Positions 40,533-54,245 of a stretch of DNA of 64,000 nt are shown here, piece after piece. The stretch is from Eledone cirrhosa. Its lineage: Eukaryota. Numbering within the stretch: the first letter of the stretch is position 1; the number at the start of each line of letters is the position of its first letter. The DNA lies in NCBI GenBank assembly GCA_964016885.1, contig OZ024742.1, positions 275,342,001-275,406,000 of the forward strand, in the 5' to 3' direction. A model generated the notes under the pieces. It had not been told where the DNA came from and ran no database searches. It saw nothing but the letters and a program-made list of their open reading frames with translations. The position numbers and the translations under genes were made by a program.

Positions 40533-40575
40533 ACGCTGTACTAGTTTCAAGCTTAGTAGCTATCGTCAGCAACGT
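40533..40575 (-). ncRNA. Minimal type I hammerhead
   Basis: Same motif as 10722-10764. Confidence 0.85.
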
Positions 40576-40778
40576 ATACCTTCCTGCCAGATTGTTGAAC
40601 GTATATACTTACCTTATGCATATTAACGGGTGAGTAGCCCAATTTGCATATCGAGTGGATTAATCTGTCGGGTGCACCGAAAACGATAAACGGAAAAAAA
40701 ATATATGCAAATTGGGCTACTCAGCCGTTAATATGCATAAGGTAAGTATATACGTTCAACAATCTGGCAGGAAGGCAT

Positions 40779-40821
40779 ACGTTGCTGACGATAGCTAATA
40801 AGCTTGAAACTAGTACAGCGT
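40779..40821 (+). ncRNA. Minimal type I hammerhead
   Basis: acgttg ctgacga tagctaataagctt gaaactagta cagcgt. Confidence 0.85.
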
Positions 40822-41251
40822 TCCTTTGTCAGTGTTGAACAAACGAGCAACGATGGTTGCTAGACACTACGGCTTAATACGGGATGTTTGTTTACAAACA
40901 CACCGAGCATTATAATAAATGTTCGGTGAATCCATACGTACATATATATATGTATGCATGTATGTATATATATATACATACTACTGTACGTCTGTATACA
41001 TATATGTATGTACGTGTACATACTTATATTTAAGTAACAGCCGTACTAAGAGTGGGAAATGAAATTTCGTTTCATTTTTTCCGTTTATATATATATATTG
41101 TTATACTTTGGGAGGGTCATGTTGCCAATAAGAAACACACGCACCAGTTGCTTTCACTTCAATTTATTATAATAAATTTATAATAAATTTATAAATTTAT
41201 AAATTTCTGGTTGGTTGGTTGGTTCCACCACCAGATAGTTGTTTATATATT

Positions 41252-41294
41252 GTCATAGTTCTTTCGTCACTCACTCTGTGACCTCTTCAGTGAC
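41252..41294 (-). ncRNA. PLE terminal-repeat minimal hammerhead
   Basis: GUCA-CUGAAGA-g-GUCAC/GUGAC-GAA-AGaaCU-A^UGAC. Confidence 0.85.
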
Positions 41295-41495
41295 TCGGGA
41301 TTCCTTTCTTTGTTTCTGTGCCTCTCCTTTGTTCTGTCCTACGCCATTTTGTTTCTGTGTGTGTGTTGTGTGCTCAGTCTGCGCATGCGCCACATCCGGG
41401 TGTCTGTGTGTGTTTATGTTCATTTATTTATTTGTTTATTTACATGTTACTGGTTGGTTGTTTGTTCTATGTGTGTGTGTGTTTTCATTTTGTCC

Positions 41496-42554
41496 TTAAT
41501 TGTAAGTTGTGATGTTGCTGTTCCACTCATATTTTCTATTTAATTTTGGTTGTAATTCTTTTATGTTTATTGCCTCTGTGATTTGTCTAAACATTGCGTC
41601 TTTTCTGTGTGTAGATTCTATTTTTATTTCTATGTTCTCTAATTTAACCTTGTGTTCTATTTTAGCATGTTGGTAGAGTACAGATGATTCTTTACTATCT
41701 TGAAGGTCTCGCCAGTGTTCATTTATCCGTTCCCCTACACTACGAGCTGTCTCACCTATGTACACTATATTTTTGTCTCTACATTGTCCTTCAGTACATC
41801 TTATGCTATACACTACATTTCTAGTTTTACACTTAATATGGGGGCTTATTTTACAGGTTATACATTTCCTATCTATACATGAGGGTCTTTGAAAAGGGTA
41901 TGTCTTGCTAATAAGTGTTTTTACGGAGGTACCTGGTCTTTCTACTATCTTAATATTGAGTTTATGTTTATCTAGGGCCCTTCTAAATTTGTAAGCTATT
42001 TCACCTCTAGGGGTTGTATCGATGAACATTACACTCTGGTATTTATTGCTATCATACCATGAGTTTATTCTATTAGCCCTGTTCCTAGTTCTTTCTATTC
42101 TATTCCAAAATGTGCTCCTATACAAGGGGCAGGTGCCATTTATGTCATTATTTACCATTTTTTCCCATTTGGTTCTGGCTCCTCTATACACTCTGATTTT
42201 ATCTCTCTGATTGTAGCCAGAGAACTGCATATGGTGGATGAAGTGTTGTATGTGTCTCTCTAGTTCTTCGGGGTTGCACATGCGGGACACGTTTCTCATC
42301 ACCCGTACCAAATCCGCAATCAGTATGTTGATTTTGGTATGGTCCGAAACGGCCGAGTTTCGGTGAATCAGATGTTTGGAAGTCATGGGTTTGGCATAAT
42401 GGGAATGGAGGATTTGTTTTTTGTTATTAATGGTATCTAACCAGAGCTCTGTGTCTAGTACAGGTAATCGATGGTTGGGGTGTTTACTTGGGTAGTCTAT
42501 AGTAACTCTAATGCTCTGGTGGATGGAGTTAGCTATTTGCTGGATGCTTTCCAT
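41496..42554 (-). pseudogene. PLE RT thumb, Cys linker and GIY-YIG endonuclease
   Basis: LPVLD; C..C..C linker; NVVY..C..C..YIGETARS..R..EH; terminal LN. Confidence 0.9.
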
Positions 42555-42563
42555 TGTGTTTTT

Positions 42564-43652
42564 CTATAGTTCCTGACTGTTCTCTAGTGGGGGTGTCTTA
42601 ACTACGATGTTTATATCATCAACGTAGCGGAAGTACATTATCAGGGTTAAGGGGTCTTCTAATTGTTCTTTAAGTTTAAGTTTAAGTCTACTGTCCCACC
42701 ATACCATGAATAAGTTAGCTATGTCGCCTGCAATGCTAACACCAATGGCTGCTCCTTCCTCTTGGGCATATGTTTTTCCATTAAATTTGAACATATGTTC
42801 CTTAAGGGTTAGTTTTATGCTGGCCCCTACCGCATGTGCAATCATTTTCTTCAGTTCATCGTGGTTTTCGGGTGTCCGTATGGCTCTGGTCCACCCGTTC
42901 CATCTATCTGTGTGGGTTTTCTTGGCCATTGAGGTAATGGTAGGTGGTCTACCTCTTGCTGGTCTTGTAGGGCACAGGTTGCTAAGGTCATATGTGTCTA
43001 GGTAATTATTACTATAGGTAAGTTTAAGTAGGAGTCCCAGCTCACTGGTATCAATCCCACGGAACTCAACATTGCTCTCACTGATCATTTCTACGCATTT
43101 CTCCACAGCAAAATCCACGTCAATAGATGGATACAGGGACACAACATCCATACTACCTATTATGCAGTTTGTTAGGTCCCTAGATCGGTTACCCTCGCCG
43201 ATTCTGCTGAGGAGGTCCTCCGTGCTGTCACATACATCTGGGGACATTTCAATGATGGGGCGTATGATCAGGGAGAAGAAGTAGGACAGTCTGTAGTTAC
43301 TAGCAATGTTAGATCCACAGACTGGCCGTGTTGGTGGTCCCGCGACAGGGTCACTGCCCGTTTTATGGTCTTTTCGAAGCCCATACAACGCCGGCACTTG
43401 ATTGTTCCAGGCCTGGAAGTTGTTGGCAGTCCTTTTGTTGGGCTGCATTATATTCGTCCACATCACCATATGGGCATTGAGGGCTTTTTCTCTATCCTCA
43501 TCCTCCTGTGGTGTTACCTCTCTTGTGTTAATGATGTGGGGTTGCATTGCCTGGATGTAGTTTGGCAGGCTGTCAACCGACATTCTGCCAGACTTGTCTG
43601 TTGGAAAGCATGCTATTTCTCCATTACGCGAGCGCTGCATGAGCTTACGCAA
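42564..43652 (-). pseudogene. PLE reverse transcriptase
   Basis: YGLRKDHK, RPV, SMDVVSLYPSI, QEEGAAIG, RYVDD. Frameshift upstream and an in-frame TAG downstream. Confidence 0.9.
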
Positions 43653-44162
43653 GCCATTTGCAGATTTTCTCCCAGTTGCTGGGCCTCCATTCTATTATGC
43701 TTCTTGCTATACTGTTCTATAATATTTCTAAGTTCGGATCTAGCTATACTAAATTGTGCTTCTGTTTGTTCATCGACCTGCGACGGCAATTGCGTGCGTT
43801 TGTTAAATGGTAAAGTCGTGGCGTGGACTCGTCGCAGGTCGAACGATTTATCGGAGGGATTATAAAAAGTAGAGTTCCAGGCTGCTGCTTTATGTGTACT
43901 AGTGCTATTGTTATTGTTAGTTGTGTTGTTTCTATTTCTATTTCCACCAACAGCCTCATGGTTGTTTCTATGTCTCTCATAATTACTCCTGTCTCTTTCC
44001 ACTGGCTCATTGTTGTTATCTACCTTATTTTGTGTGTCTGTGTGTTCGTCTTGGTTATTTTCTTTGTCCTTAGTCTCCCTCTCCTTTTTATCCTATTACT
44101 TTCCCTTATTTCTGTGATTTCTGTGCTACTGTCCTTACTTGTTTTCTGTGTCTGTGTGTTTG

Positions 44163-45194
44163 TTAAGATTGTGGTGGTGGTGAGAGGCATTGAATGTGTG
44201 TGTGTTGTTGTTGTTGATGTGTGTTGTTGTTGTCTCCGTGTGTGTTATTATTGTTGTGTGTGTTGTTATTGTTGTTTGTGTCTGCGTGTCTGTTGTTGTT
44301 GTTTCTGGGTATGTTATTATTGTTGTTGTTGGTGGTGTGTGAGTTGTTGTTGTTTGTGTCTGTGCGTCTGTTGTTGTTGGGATGTGTGTTGTATATGTGT
44401 GTGCGTATATTGTTGCTTTTGTTTTTGTTTTTGTTTTTGAGGCTCCAGCGTAGTTTTGTAAATGATTTTTCTATTTCTGACAGACGACTAATCATATTTA
44501 CCTTCTTGAATGTCGCAAATTTCGGGGGTAGACGTAATACAGATAACTCATCGTCATCTATTACTGTGTTGCCGTATATATTTGTGTTGTTGTTGTTGAA
44601 CTCATCTGTTAATGAGGTGTCGGCCATATTTATACCGTTAATTTTGTCGGGATATCTATTGGTATTCTCTACAGTATCCTGATTTAGCTTTATCTGCTTA
44701 AGCCACTTTAGTTTCTTGTTAAAGTGCTTATCACATTCTTGAGTAATGTACTGTTCTTCAGGACATATAAGGCTTATAAATATTAGTTTCTCTCTTGGTG
44801 TGGTGATCCTAGCTATTTCTTGTATTAGGTTACGCTTATGTTTTTCTTGATGACTTAATTCTCTATAGATCTTCTTTTTTATGTTTAGAATTAGTGTTCG
44901 TTTTAGCCTATCTGCTTGTTTTTTGGTGAGTTGTAATCTTCTTACGTCGGTGTTGATGGTGTTGGTGTAAACTCGGGACGAGGCACATTCTTTTATGAAG
45001 TGTAGTTGTCGAGATGTTATGGTTTTTCGTAGACAACAGAACATGGTGGTTTTCAGTATCTTGTTAGCCTGGTTAAGGCTTACGATATTTCGCTTCTGAA
45101 TTTGTTTAGCAAGATTCTTTATCTGAAATCGTGTGTTGAAACCGATATTGTTATACTTTGGGAGGGTCATGAGGCCAATAAGAAACACACGCAC
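44163..45194 (-). pseudogene. PLE N-terminal region with Asn/His/Thr-rich tract
   Basis: Lies upstream of the RT; ELSVLRLPPKFA is typical of the PLE pre-RT region. Confidence 0.7.
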
Positions 45195-45301
45195 CAGTTG
45201 CTTTCACTTCAATTTATTATAATAAATTTATAATAAATTTATAAATTTATAAATTTCTGGTTGGTTGGTTGGTTCCACAACCAGATAGTTGTTTATATAT
45301 T

Positions 45302-45344
45302 GTCATAGTTCTTTCTTCACACACTCTGTGACCTCTTCAGTGAC
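45302..45344 (-). ncRNA. PLE terminal-repeat hammerhead with a stem II mismatch
   Basis: As 41252-41294, but GUGAA precedes GAAA. Confidence 0.7.
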
Positions 45345-46354
45345 TGGGGATCCTTTCTTCGTTTCTGTGCCTCTCCTTTGTTCTGTCCTACGCCATTTTG
45401 TTTCTGTGTGTTGTGTACTCAGTCTGCGCATGCGCCACATCCGGGTGTCTGTGTGTGTTTATGTTCATTTATTTATTTGTTTATTTACATTTACTGGTTG
45501 GTTGTTTGTTCTATGTGTGTGTGTGTTTTCATTTTGTCCTTAATTGTAAGTTTTGATGTTGCTGTTCCACTCATATTTTCTATTTAATTTTGGTTGTAAT
45601 TCTTTTATGTTTATTGCCTCTGTGATTTGTCTAAACATTGCGTCTTTTCTGTGTGTAGATTCTATTTTTATTTCTATGTTCTCTAATTTACCCTTATGTT
45701 CTATTTTAGCATGTTGGTAGAGTACAGATGATTCTTTACTATCTTGAAGGTCTCACCAGTGTTCATTTATCCGTTCCCCTACACTACGAGCTGTCTCACC
45801 TATGTACACTATATTTTTGTCTCTACATTGTCCTTCAGTACATCTTATGCTATACACTACATTTCTAGTTTTACAGTTAATATGGAGGCTTATTTTACAG
45901 GTTATACATTTCTTATCTATACATGAGGGTCTTTGAAAAGGGTATGTCTTGCTAATAAGTGTTTTTACGGAGGTACCTGGTCTTTCTACTATCTTAATAT
46001 TGAGTTTATGTTTATCTAGGGCCCTTCTAAATTTGTAAGCTAATTCACCTCTAGGGGTTGTATCGATGTACATTACACTCTGGTATTTATTGCTATCATA
46101 CCCTTAAGCAACATATGTTCAAATTTAATGGAAAAACATATGCCCAAGAGGAAGGAGCAGCCATTGGTGTTAGCATTGCAGGCGACATAGCTAACTTATT
46201 CATGGTATGGTGGGACAGTAGACTTAAACTTAAACTTAAAGAACAATTAGAAGACCCCTTAACCCTGATAATGTACTTCCGCTACGTTGATGATATAAAC
46301 ATCGTAGTTAAGACACCCCCACTAGAGAACAGTCAGGAACTATAGAAAAACACA

Positions 46355-47413
46355 ATGGAAAGCATCCAGCAAATAGCTAACTCCATCCCCCAGAGCATTA
46401 GAGTTACTATAGACTACCCAAGTAAACACCCCAACCATCGATTACCTGTACTAGACACAGAGCTCTGGTTAGATACCATTAATAACAAAAAACAAATCCT
46501 CCATTCCCATTATGCCAAACCCATGACTTCCAAACATCTGATCCACCGAAACTCGGCCGTTTCGGACCATACCAAAATCAACATACTGATTGCGGATTTG
46601 GTACGGGTGATGAGAAACGTGTCCCGCATGTGCAACCCCGAAGAACTAGAGAGACACATACAACACTTCATCCACCGTATGCAGTTCTCTGGCTACAATC
46701 AGAGAGATAAAATCAGAGTGTATAGAGGAGCCAGAACCAAATGGGAAAAAATGGTAAATAATGACATAAATGGGACCTGCCCCTTGTATAGGAGCAAATT
46801 TTGGAATAGAATAGAAAGAACTAGGAACAAGGCTAATAGAATAAACTCATGGTATGATAGCAATAAATACCAGAGTGTAATGTTCATCGATACAACCCCT
46901 AGAGGTGAATTAGCTTACAAATTTAGAAGGGCCCTAGATAAACATAAACTCAATATTAAGATAGTAGAAAGACCAGGTACCTCCGTAAAAACACTTATTA
47001 GCAAGACATACCCTTTTCAAAGACCCTCATGTATAGATAAGAAATGTATAACCTGTAAAATAAGCCCCCATATTAACTGTAAAACTAGAAATGTAGTGTA
47101 TAGCATAAGATGTACTGAAGGACAATGTAGAGACAAAAATATAGTGTACATAGGTGAGACAGCTCGTAGTGTAGGGGAACGGATAAATGAACACTGGCGA
47201 GACCTTCAAGATAGTAAAGAATCATCTGTACTCTACCAACATGCTAAAATAGAACACAAGGTTAAATTAGAGAACATAGAAATAAAAATAGAATCTACAC
47301 ACAGAAAAGACGCAATGTTTAGACAAATCACAGAGTCAATAAACATAAAAGAATTACAACCAAAATTAAATAGAAAATATGAGTGGAACAGCAACATCAC
47401 AACTTACAATTAA
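46355..47413 (+). pseudogene. Inverted duplicate of PLE thumb and GIY-YIG
   Basis: 352 aa, nearly identical to 41496-42554. Confidence 0.9.
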
Positions 47414-47614
47414 GGACAAAATGAAAACACACACACACATAAAACAAACAACCAACCAGTAACATGTAAATAAACAAATAAATAAATGAACATAAACACA
47501 CACAGACACCCGGATGTGGCGCATGCGCAGACTGAGCACACAACACACACACAGAAACAAAATGGCGTAGGACAGAACAAAGGAGAGGCACAGAAACAAA
47601 GAAAGGAATCCCGA

Positions 47615-47657
47615 GTCACTGAAGAGGTCACAGAGTGAGTGACGAAAGAACTATGAC
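47615..47657 (+). ncRNA. PLE terminal-repeat minimal hammerhead
   Basis: gtca ctgaaga g gtcac agagtga gtgac gaaagaacta tgac. Confidence 0.85.
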
Positions 47658-48549
47658 AATATATAAACAACTATCTGGTGGTGGAACCAACCAACCAACC
47701 AGAAATTTATAAATTTATTATAAATTTATTATAATAAATTGAAGTGAAAGCAACTGGTGCGTGTGTTTCTTATTGGCAACATGACCCTCCCAAAGTATAA
47801 CAATATCGGTTTCAACACACGATTTCAGATAAAGAATCTTGCTAAACAAATTCAGAAACGAAATATATATATATATATATATAATCGTGACACTCTAGTA
47901 TTGATAAATCGAAAGATTATTTAGATATTAATTATGAGATTAATATGTTTTGTCGTCCTTGACAACCCAGTGGTGCATGTTAAGCAACTGAAACACCCTC
48001 TTCATCATTTCTTTATATTTCGTTTCTTTTCCTTTAAATATTTTCTTCTATTTCTAAACCCCTTTATAAATCAACAATAAATTATTTTTACCTGAATATA
48101 ACACATTACACCAAAGCAACGTCCATGAGCAAAGTTTAGTAGTTGTACTAGCTATATCTTTCAGAAAGTAACTTGTCAAGTTTTATATCTGGTTCTGTGA
48201 ATTTGATTCAAATCGCCATCGTAAATAAAAAGAGAAAGAAAATCAAGGAAAATCACTCGTATATACATAAGTGCAATATTTTGTTTTTATTGATATTATT
48301 ATTGTAGAGCTTATCTTAAAGAAGCGGAAAAGAAAAAATATAGTCAAAACATATTGAATCATATAGTTACCAGTGTTGCTAAGGTTACCCAAATACTTTA
48401 CGTCAAGACGACTCTTGCAATGCTAAGCCATCTATAATATAGTAGTAGGCTCCGTTTTGATAGACTTACATAAAGACAACGTTGAGAAATCGAGATCATA
48501 GGTTCCATATAATTACAACACCAAAGGCTATCAAATATTATTTCTTGTA

Positions 48550-48775
48550 TAGGGCGGTAGATTGGCAGTATCGGTAGAGCGTCACACACCAAGCTTTTCA
48601 GCATAGAGTTATGGCATTTTACGTTCTGATTTCAAAACCCAGTGAGGTTAGCTTTGCCTTTCATCCTTATGGGGTGGATAAAATAAAGTACCAGTCATGC
48701 ACTGGTTCGATTTAATCGACTTTCCCCCTCCTCCTATAATTGTTGGCCTTGTGCCTAAATCAGAAAGCATTATTG
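48550..48775 (+). mobile_element. tRNA-derived SINE
   Basis: tggcagtatcgg A-box-like head; gcctttcatcc..taaaataaagtaccagt core; ggccttgtgcctaaa tail. Confidence 0.75.
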
Positions 48776-49227
48776 TTTGTATGTATGTGTGTGTATCAAT
48801 TCAACTTCCATATGTACAGACAGGGCGAGAAAGAAAGAGAGAGAGATTATGTGTTTGAGTGTATGAATAGAGAGATAGAGATAGGTAGAGTGAGTATGTG
48901 ACAGAAAGAGTGTGTGAAAGAGAAAGATTGGGCGACAGGGTTCTTTTCAACATGCTGACGCCTGTGTGTGCGTGTGCCTGTGCGTATGTGTATGTACATA
49001 CATTTATATGTATGAGTATATCTAAACTATAATAAATAAATGTAATCAAGCAAACACAGACACACTTACAAAAATACATACTCACAGGCATACATTCACA
49101 CAAATACACATATATTCAAACATTCTTTAGTGTTAATAGGACACTCTGTGTGTGTGTGCGTATGTGTGTGTATGTGTATGCGCGGGCGAATTTATCGGAC
49201 TTCTTAATAGAGAAACATGTGTTTGTG

Positions 49228-49266
<39 letters not shown>

Positions 49267-49437
49267 GTGTGTGTGTGTGTGTGTCTGTGTGTGTGCATGT
49301 GTGTGTATGTCACCGTTTTTAAGTTAGAGACATACATGTATGTGTGTCCCCTTTCTTTTTCACACAAACACACACACATAGACACACACATTGTGTGACG
49401 GACAGATGGACAGAAGTCGCTCAAATTTATATATATG

Positions 49438-50050
49438 TGAATGGAGTTCCACTGAAGCAGGTAGAGAAGTTCAAGTATCTCGGGGCCGTGTTCACGAGTG
49501 ATTGAAGGTAGGAGGCTGAATTAAGTGCAGGAATTGCAAAAGCTGGTGCAGTAATGCGCCATCTTCAGTATTCACTCATCAAACTCACGATCTTCAATTC
49601 AGTTTTCGTGCCAACCCTTACCTATGGTCATGAATCTTGGGTAATGACTGAATGAATATGATCGTGAAAACAAGTGGCTGAAATGGGATTCATCCGAAGG
49701 GTCTTTGGTGTAACGTTACTCGATAAAGTGCGTAGCTCAGAGATCAGTGAGTCACTCTAGGTAGAGCCACTTCTTCACCAAATTGAGAGTTCACAGCTCC
49801 GATACTATGGACATGTGGTTAGAATGTATCAGGAAATAATTAGTGGACATATTTTACAAGCCAACCCAACCGGAAAGAGACCCAGGAGTAGAATCAGAGC
49901 AAGATGGATGGATAACATCCATGAGCTTTGTTTTTTAAACTTGAGGATCAAGCTGGATTAGTTACAGATAGTTGCTTCTGACAGGACCCGCTAGAAGAGG
50001 TGTTTGAGGATTCTGCTCCTACGACCCTCTCAGGAATAAGTGGGAGAAGT
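49438..50050 (+). pseudogene. 3' fragment of an RTE/Rex3-like LINE
   Basis: Hand translation: QVEKFKYLG, PTLTYGHESWVMT, EMGFIRRVFGVTLLDKVRS, QLRYYGHVVRM. Confidence 0.75.
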
Positions 50051-50239
50051 TATTTCAATTTATTTACTTTTCAATTTATGTTTCATATCTATATGCATAT
50101 ATATTTGGGTATAATATCAACATGCATACTACACATGCTAGCAGAAAACCGCCCGAGGGCGGTTCTTCTGCCTGTCCTATTAATGTGATGAATAGAAAAC
50201 AATGTGATGAATAGAAAAAACTTCAATCAACCGTGATTT

Positions 50240-51100
50240 TCGTTGTGAACTTCCGTGTATTTGGACTCCGATTCGCATCAGATCTGGCACTGCCGGCCTA
50301 TCTCTCTCCAACCTCCCCACAGCAGTGGGGTTCTCAACAAGACTGCAGACCCTGACATGACCCAAGCCCTGGAGCACACTCTGGTCGACTGGAGCAGTGA
50401 CGGCCAATCCGTCTCCCAGTGTACAAAAGTCCAAAGTAACTGAGACCTAATCAAGTGCTGGTCTACCTGGTTTGAGTGTGGCTTGAACCAACACCACCTC
50501 ACCTGCTTCCGTTCCGCTTCACAGATAAACTTCAGTGCGTGGCTCAATCTGATGCCCTCTTCCTCAACCGGAACCCTTCTTGATGACGAATGCACACACA
50601 TCGGAGTAGAATATCGTCTCGGCACCGATTATCATATCACCAGAGCGCAGGCCCAAAAAGATGACATACCACTCTCAACGATATAACGAGGAGCCTCGAC
50701 GCAGCTTGGACAATGGTGACGACAAAAGCACAGACGAGGCTTCTATTTTGGAAGATGTAAATCCATCATTTGGGATGTGACATACTGTGACACGTTCTTC
50801 GCCTCCAAATTTGTCGCCACGGCCACAAAACCACGATACGTCAGCTTACAGTGCAGAGGACAGTAAAATAGTCAAATACCGGAGCTTCACCGGGCACTTC
50901 CTCTTTGCACCGGTTGCCATCAAGACTTCAGGCGTCCTCGAACCTCAGGTGCTGATCTCTTCCGTAAAATCGGATCGGTAGCAACCCGTCTGAAAAATGT
51001 GCCCCACGAGGTGGTGTGGCTATTGCAGTGTGTATCACTGGTCATTATCCGCGGAAATGCCTTTGTCATTTTGTCCGTGGGGCGCAGCTGAAACACCACT
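50240..51100 (+). pseudogene. Degraded 3' fragment of a CRE-like element
   Basis: CFRSASQINFSAWLNLMPSSSTGTLLD, PVAIKTSGVL and VSLVIIRGNAF match 2205-3155. Confidence 0.8.
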
Positions 51101-52111
51101 CTGACCTAGGTGTAGAATTTATCACCCTCTTCCATTTTCCCTTGTGTATATGCGTGTGTGTGTGTAAACAATAAAAGACTTGAGGAAAGTATAGTAAGAT
51201 TGAAATTTAAAAGTCTGTTTAAATAATTACGAAAGCTAAATAAAATCATGGGCATAACGCTTTTAAAACGAAAGAATATATACAGAATCACTCCGGGGAT
51301 TTGAAACACACCCTTGTAGAAGCCTTTGCAAAGTCTTATATATAATTTTCACTACACACTTCTCACTCCTCCAACTGTTTATATTCTAGTAGTCAAGCTT
51401 TAATTTAACGGGGAAAGATGGTATGATTCCACTTGGTGTTGTAACAGGACATACAGCAGAGGTATTCTTCAATACCTGCAGGTGATTCTGTTCAGATTAT
51501 TTCTGTCACGGCTGTTTATTTTCTCATATTTTTACCTAATAATTGTTCCGATGAAGTACTTACATTGCAATGGTAGAACATATTTGTTACTAGCAGTGGT
51601 ACCCGGCGTTGCACGGGATAAGGTATTTTGGAACGCGGGCCGCCAACAGACCTAATCGTGGAAAAACTGCATGCCTGGACAATATGTAAAGAAAATAAAC
51701 CGAATACTCTGATGGCTGGATAATCTAAGATTTTCCTCGATGAAGCAGGAAAAAGGGGATCAAGAAAATGAAGTTTATTATGTGCATAATATGCCTTGAA
51801 ATTTCGGGAAAATCGGTTCGCCTCAAAAAAGCCCTAAAAAGCTGAAAAAATGAAGTTTTTCATCTAATGCAGGCCCTAGGCCATAAAAAAGTTGGATTTT
51901 CTTTGCTCACTGTATGAAGAAGAGACTGATTAATACATAGTTACAATTTCAAGGAAATCGGTCTGACGCAACGCCTCAAAAAAAACCCTAAAAAGCTGGA
52001 AAAAACGCAGTTATTCACCTAATGCGGGCCCTAGGGGATTAAAAATTTGAATTTTTTACGTGCATAACACTCCCTGAAATATAAGTAATACACATGTAAA
52101 GTTTGAAAAAG

Positions 52112-52604
<493 letters not shown>

Positions 52605-53227
52605 TAGATTAAAATAACAGTTTAAAGTTTAAGCAAAGAACCGTTGCTTTCGCCCTTAACGAGATTTTCTGAAACTAAAAATATCAATCTGTGAACGCAG
52701 AAGTAAATATTTCGAAAAACGTTGCAACCGAGGGAAAACAGGAAGACGATACTTTGGTTCGTGACGACGTTCCCTGGCAATGAACGGAAAACAGCGAACA
52801 TAATACGTCATCAATGTTCGTCAGAATATCGTAATGCAGACAGCCAGGCATACAGATAGATATTATAAGAGCGCGACGGAGATTGATAACCGGCGCCTAA
52901 CACCCCTTTAACAACAGAAAATTGAAAAATAAAAGCTGCAGTTAATATCTTTAGACCGCAAGGGGTATATAAATGAAAGTTTGAAGTCAAAAGGGGTAGA
53001 AATGTGGATTTGTATAGACTTTGCAAAAATGAGGACACACACACACCCCTACAGACAACATCAGTTTTATATATATAGATTGTTCTGAGTGTCAACCATT
53101 TAACAACTTTTTTATCTTTCATGTTGTTATGTTTCTATACAAACAGACACACACACGCACGCACGCACACACACACATACACGCACGCACACACACACAT
53201 ACACGCACACACATACACACACACATG

Positions 53228-53269
<42 letters not shown>

Positions 53270-54214
53270 GGAAAAATTTGAACAGGGACAAAACAGAGAG
53301 GCAGTACAATAAATGTTTATTAATTTCACGCTCAGGAGAATGGGGGGTAGGTGGGGGACGACGTTTCGGGCATAAGCCCTTCCTCAGGTGAGAAGTGGGT
53401 GGGAACAGAGTACAAAAGGTGTGTAGGGGAGTGGTGGAGAGACATATAGCGAAAGGAAACGGTGCGAATGAAAAAATAACAAATAAAGATAAAAAATAAA
53501 AATAAAGCATGATCAAAATACAAGGAATGAGAAAATTAAAAAATAAAGGCATGATCAAAATAAACTGAAATTAAAAGGGGGGTAAACAGGTGGTGGAAGG
53601 GTGTGGGTGAGTAGGGGTGGTGGCGGGTGGAGTGGGGAGAGGGAGACGGGGTGTCCGAGCGGGGAGGGCTGAAGGTGGTGTGTGTGTGTAGGTGTGCGTG
53701 TGTGTGTGTGTGTATGTGAAAGTAAGGGTTGGGAGGAGAACGGGGTTGCATGTTCAGGAATAGGTGTGTGTGAGAGGTGTTTTGTGGGTCGGAGTGTCTG
53801 TGCGTGTGTGGATAGGGGGTGGGGGAGAGGAATCAGGAGGCTGAGGGTGTAAATATGTGGTGGGAAGCACGTGTGTGTGGGGTTTAAGCGTGTTGTGGGT
53901 GTGGGTGGCGTGTGGAGAAAAAAATTGTTTGGGGGTGTGTGTGGGTGAGTTATATAGGTGATTACGTAAGAGGATGGTTGAAACGTTGGTAAGTTCCAAG
54001 GATGTTAAGTGGATGGTTGTAAGTCAAATTCTGCGTGTGGGTAATCCATGAAGCGGTGGTCGGAAGAGGAGAGATGTGGGGTGCGCGCGCAACAGGAAGT
54101 GGTCAACAGTGGGAGTGCTGTGGTCTGTTGGTGCTGGGAGGTGGTCAGAGGGCAGCAGCAGTTGGTGGAATGGTAAGGGGGCGAGGATGGGTAGGTGTGA
54201 AAGTTGGAGTGAGG

Positions 54215-54245
<31 letters not shown>

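Larger units (their letters stand above)
40325..41086. mobile_element. Fold-back pair of 421-bp-family retrozyme-like copies
   Basis: ~40325-40651 is the inverse of ~40703-41030; homologous to 10466-11055; TA flanks. Confidence 0.85.
41097..47865. mobile_element. Penelope-like element: full copy (-), upstream partial tandem copy (-) and inverted partial copy (+)
   Basis: Full unit ~41097-45145; direct 3' repeat ~45146-46102; inverted copy 46100-47865; RT and GIY-YIG ORFs. Confidence 0.93.

Noticed and set aside
42564-42566. Selenocysteine recoding as in some Naiad PLEs
   Set aside because: The stop is TAG at a Gln-equivalent position, not TGA at a Cys position.
52755-52800. gttcgtgacga cgttc..gaacg gaaaacagcgaac HHR-like motif
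   Set aside because: The stems pair, but C3 and the UH cleavage site are missing.
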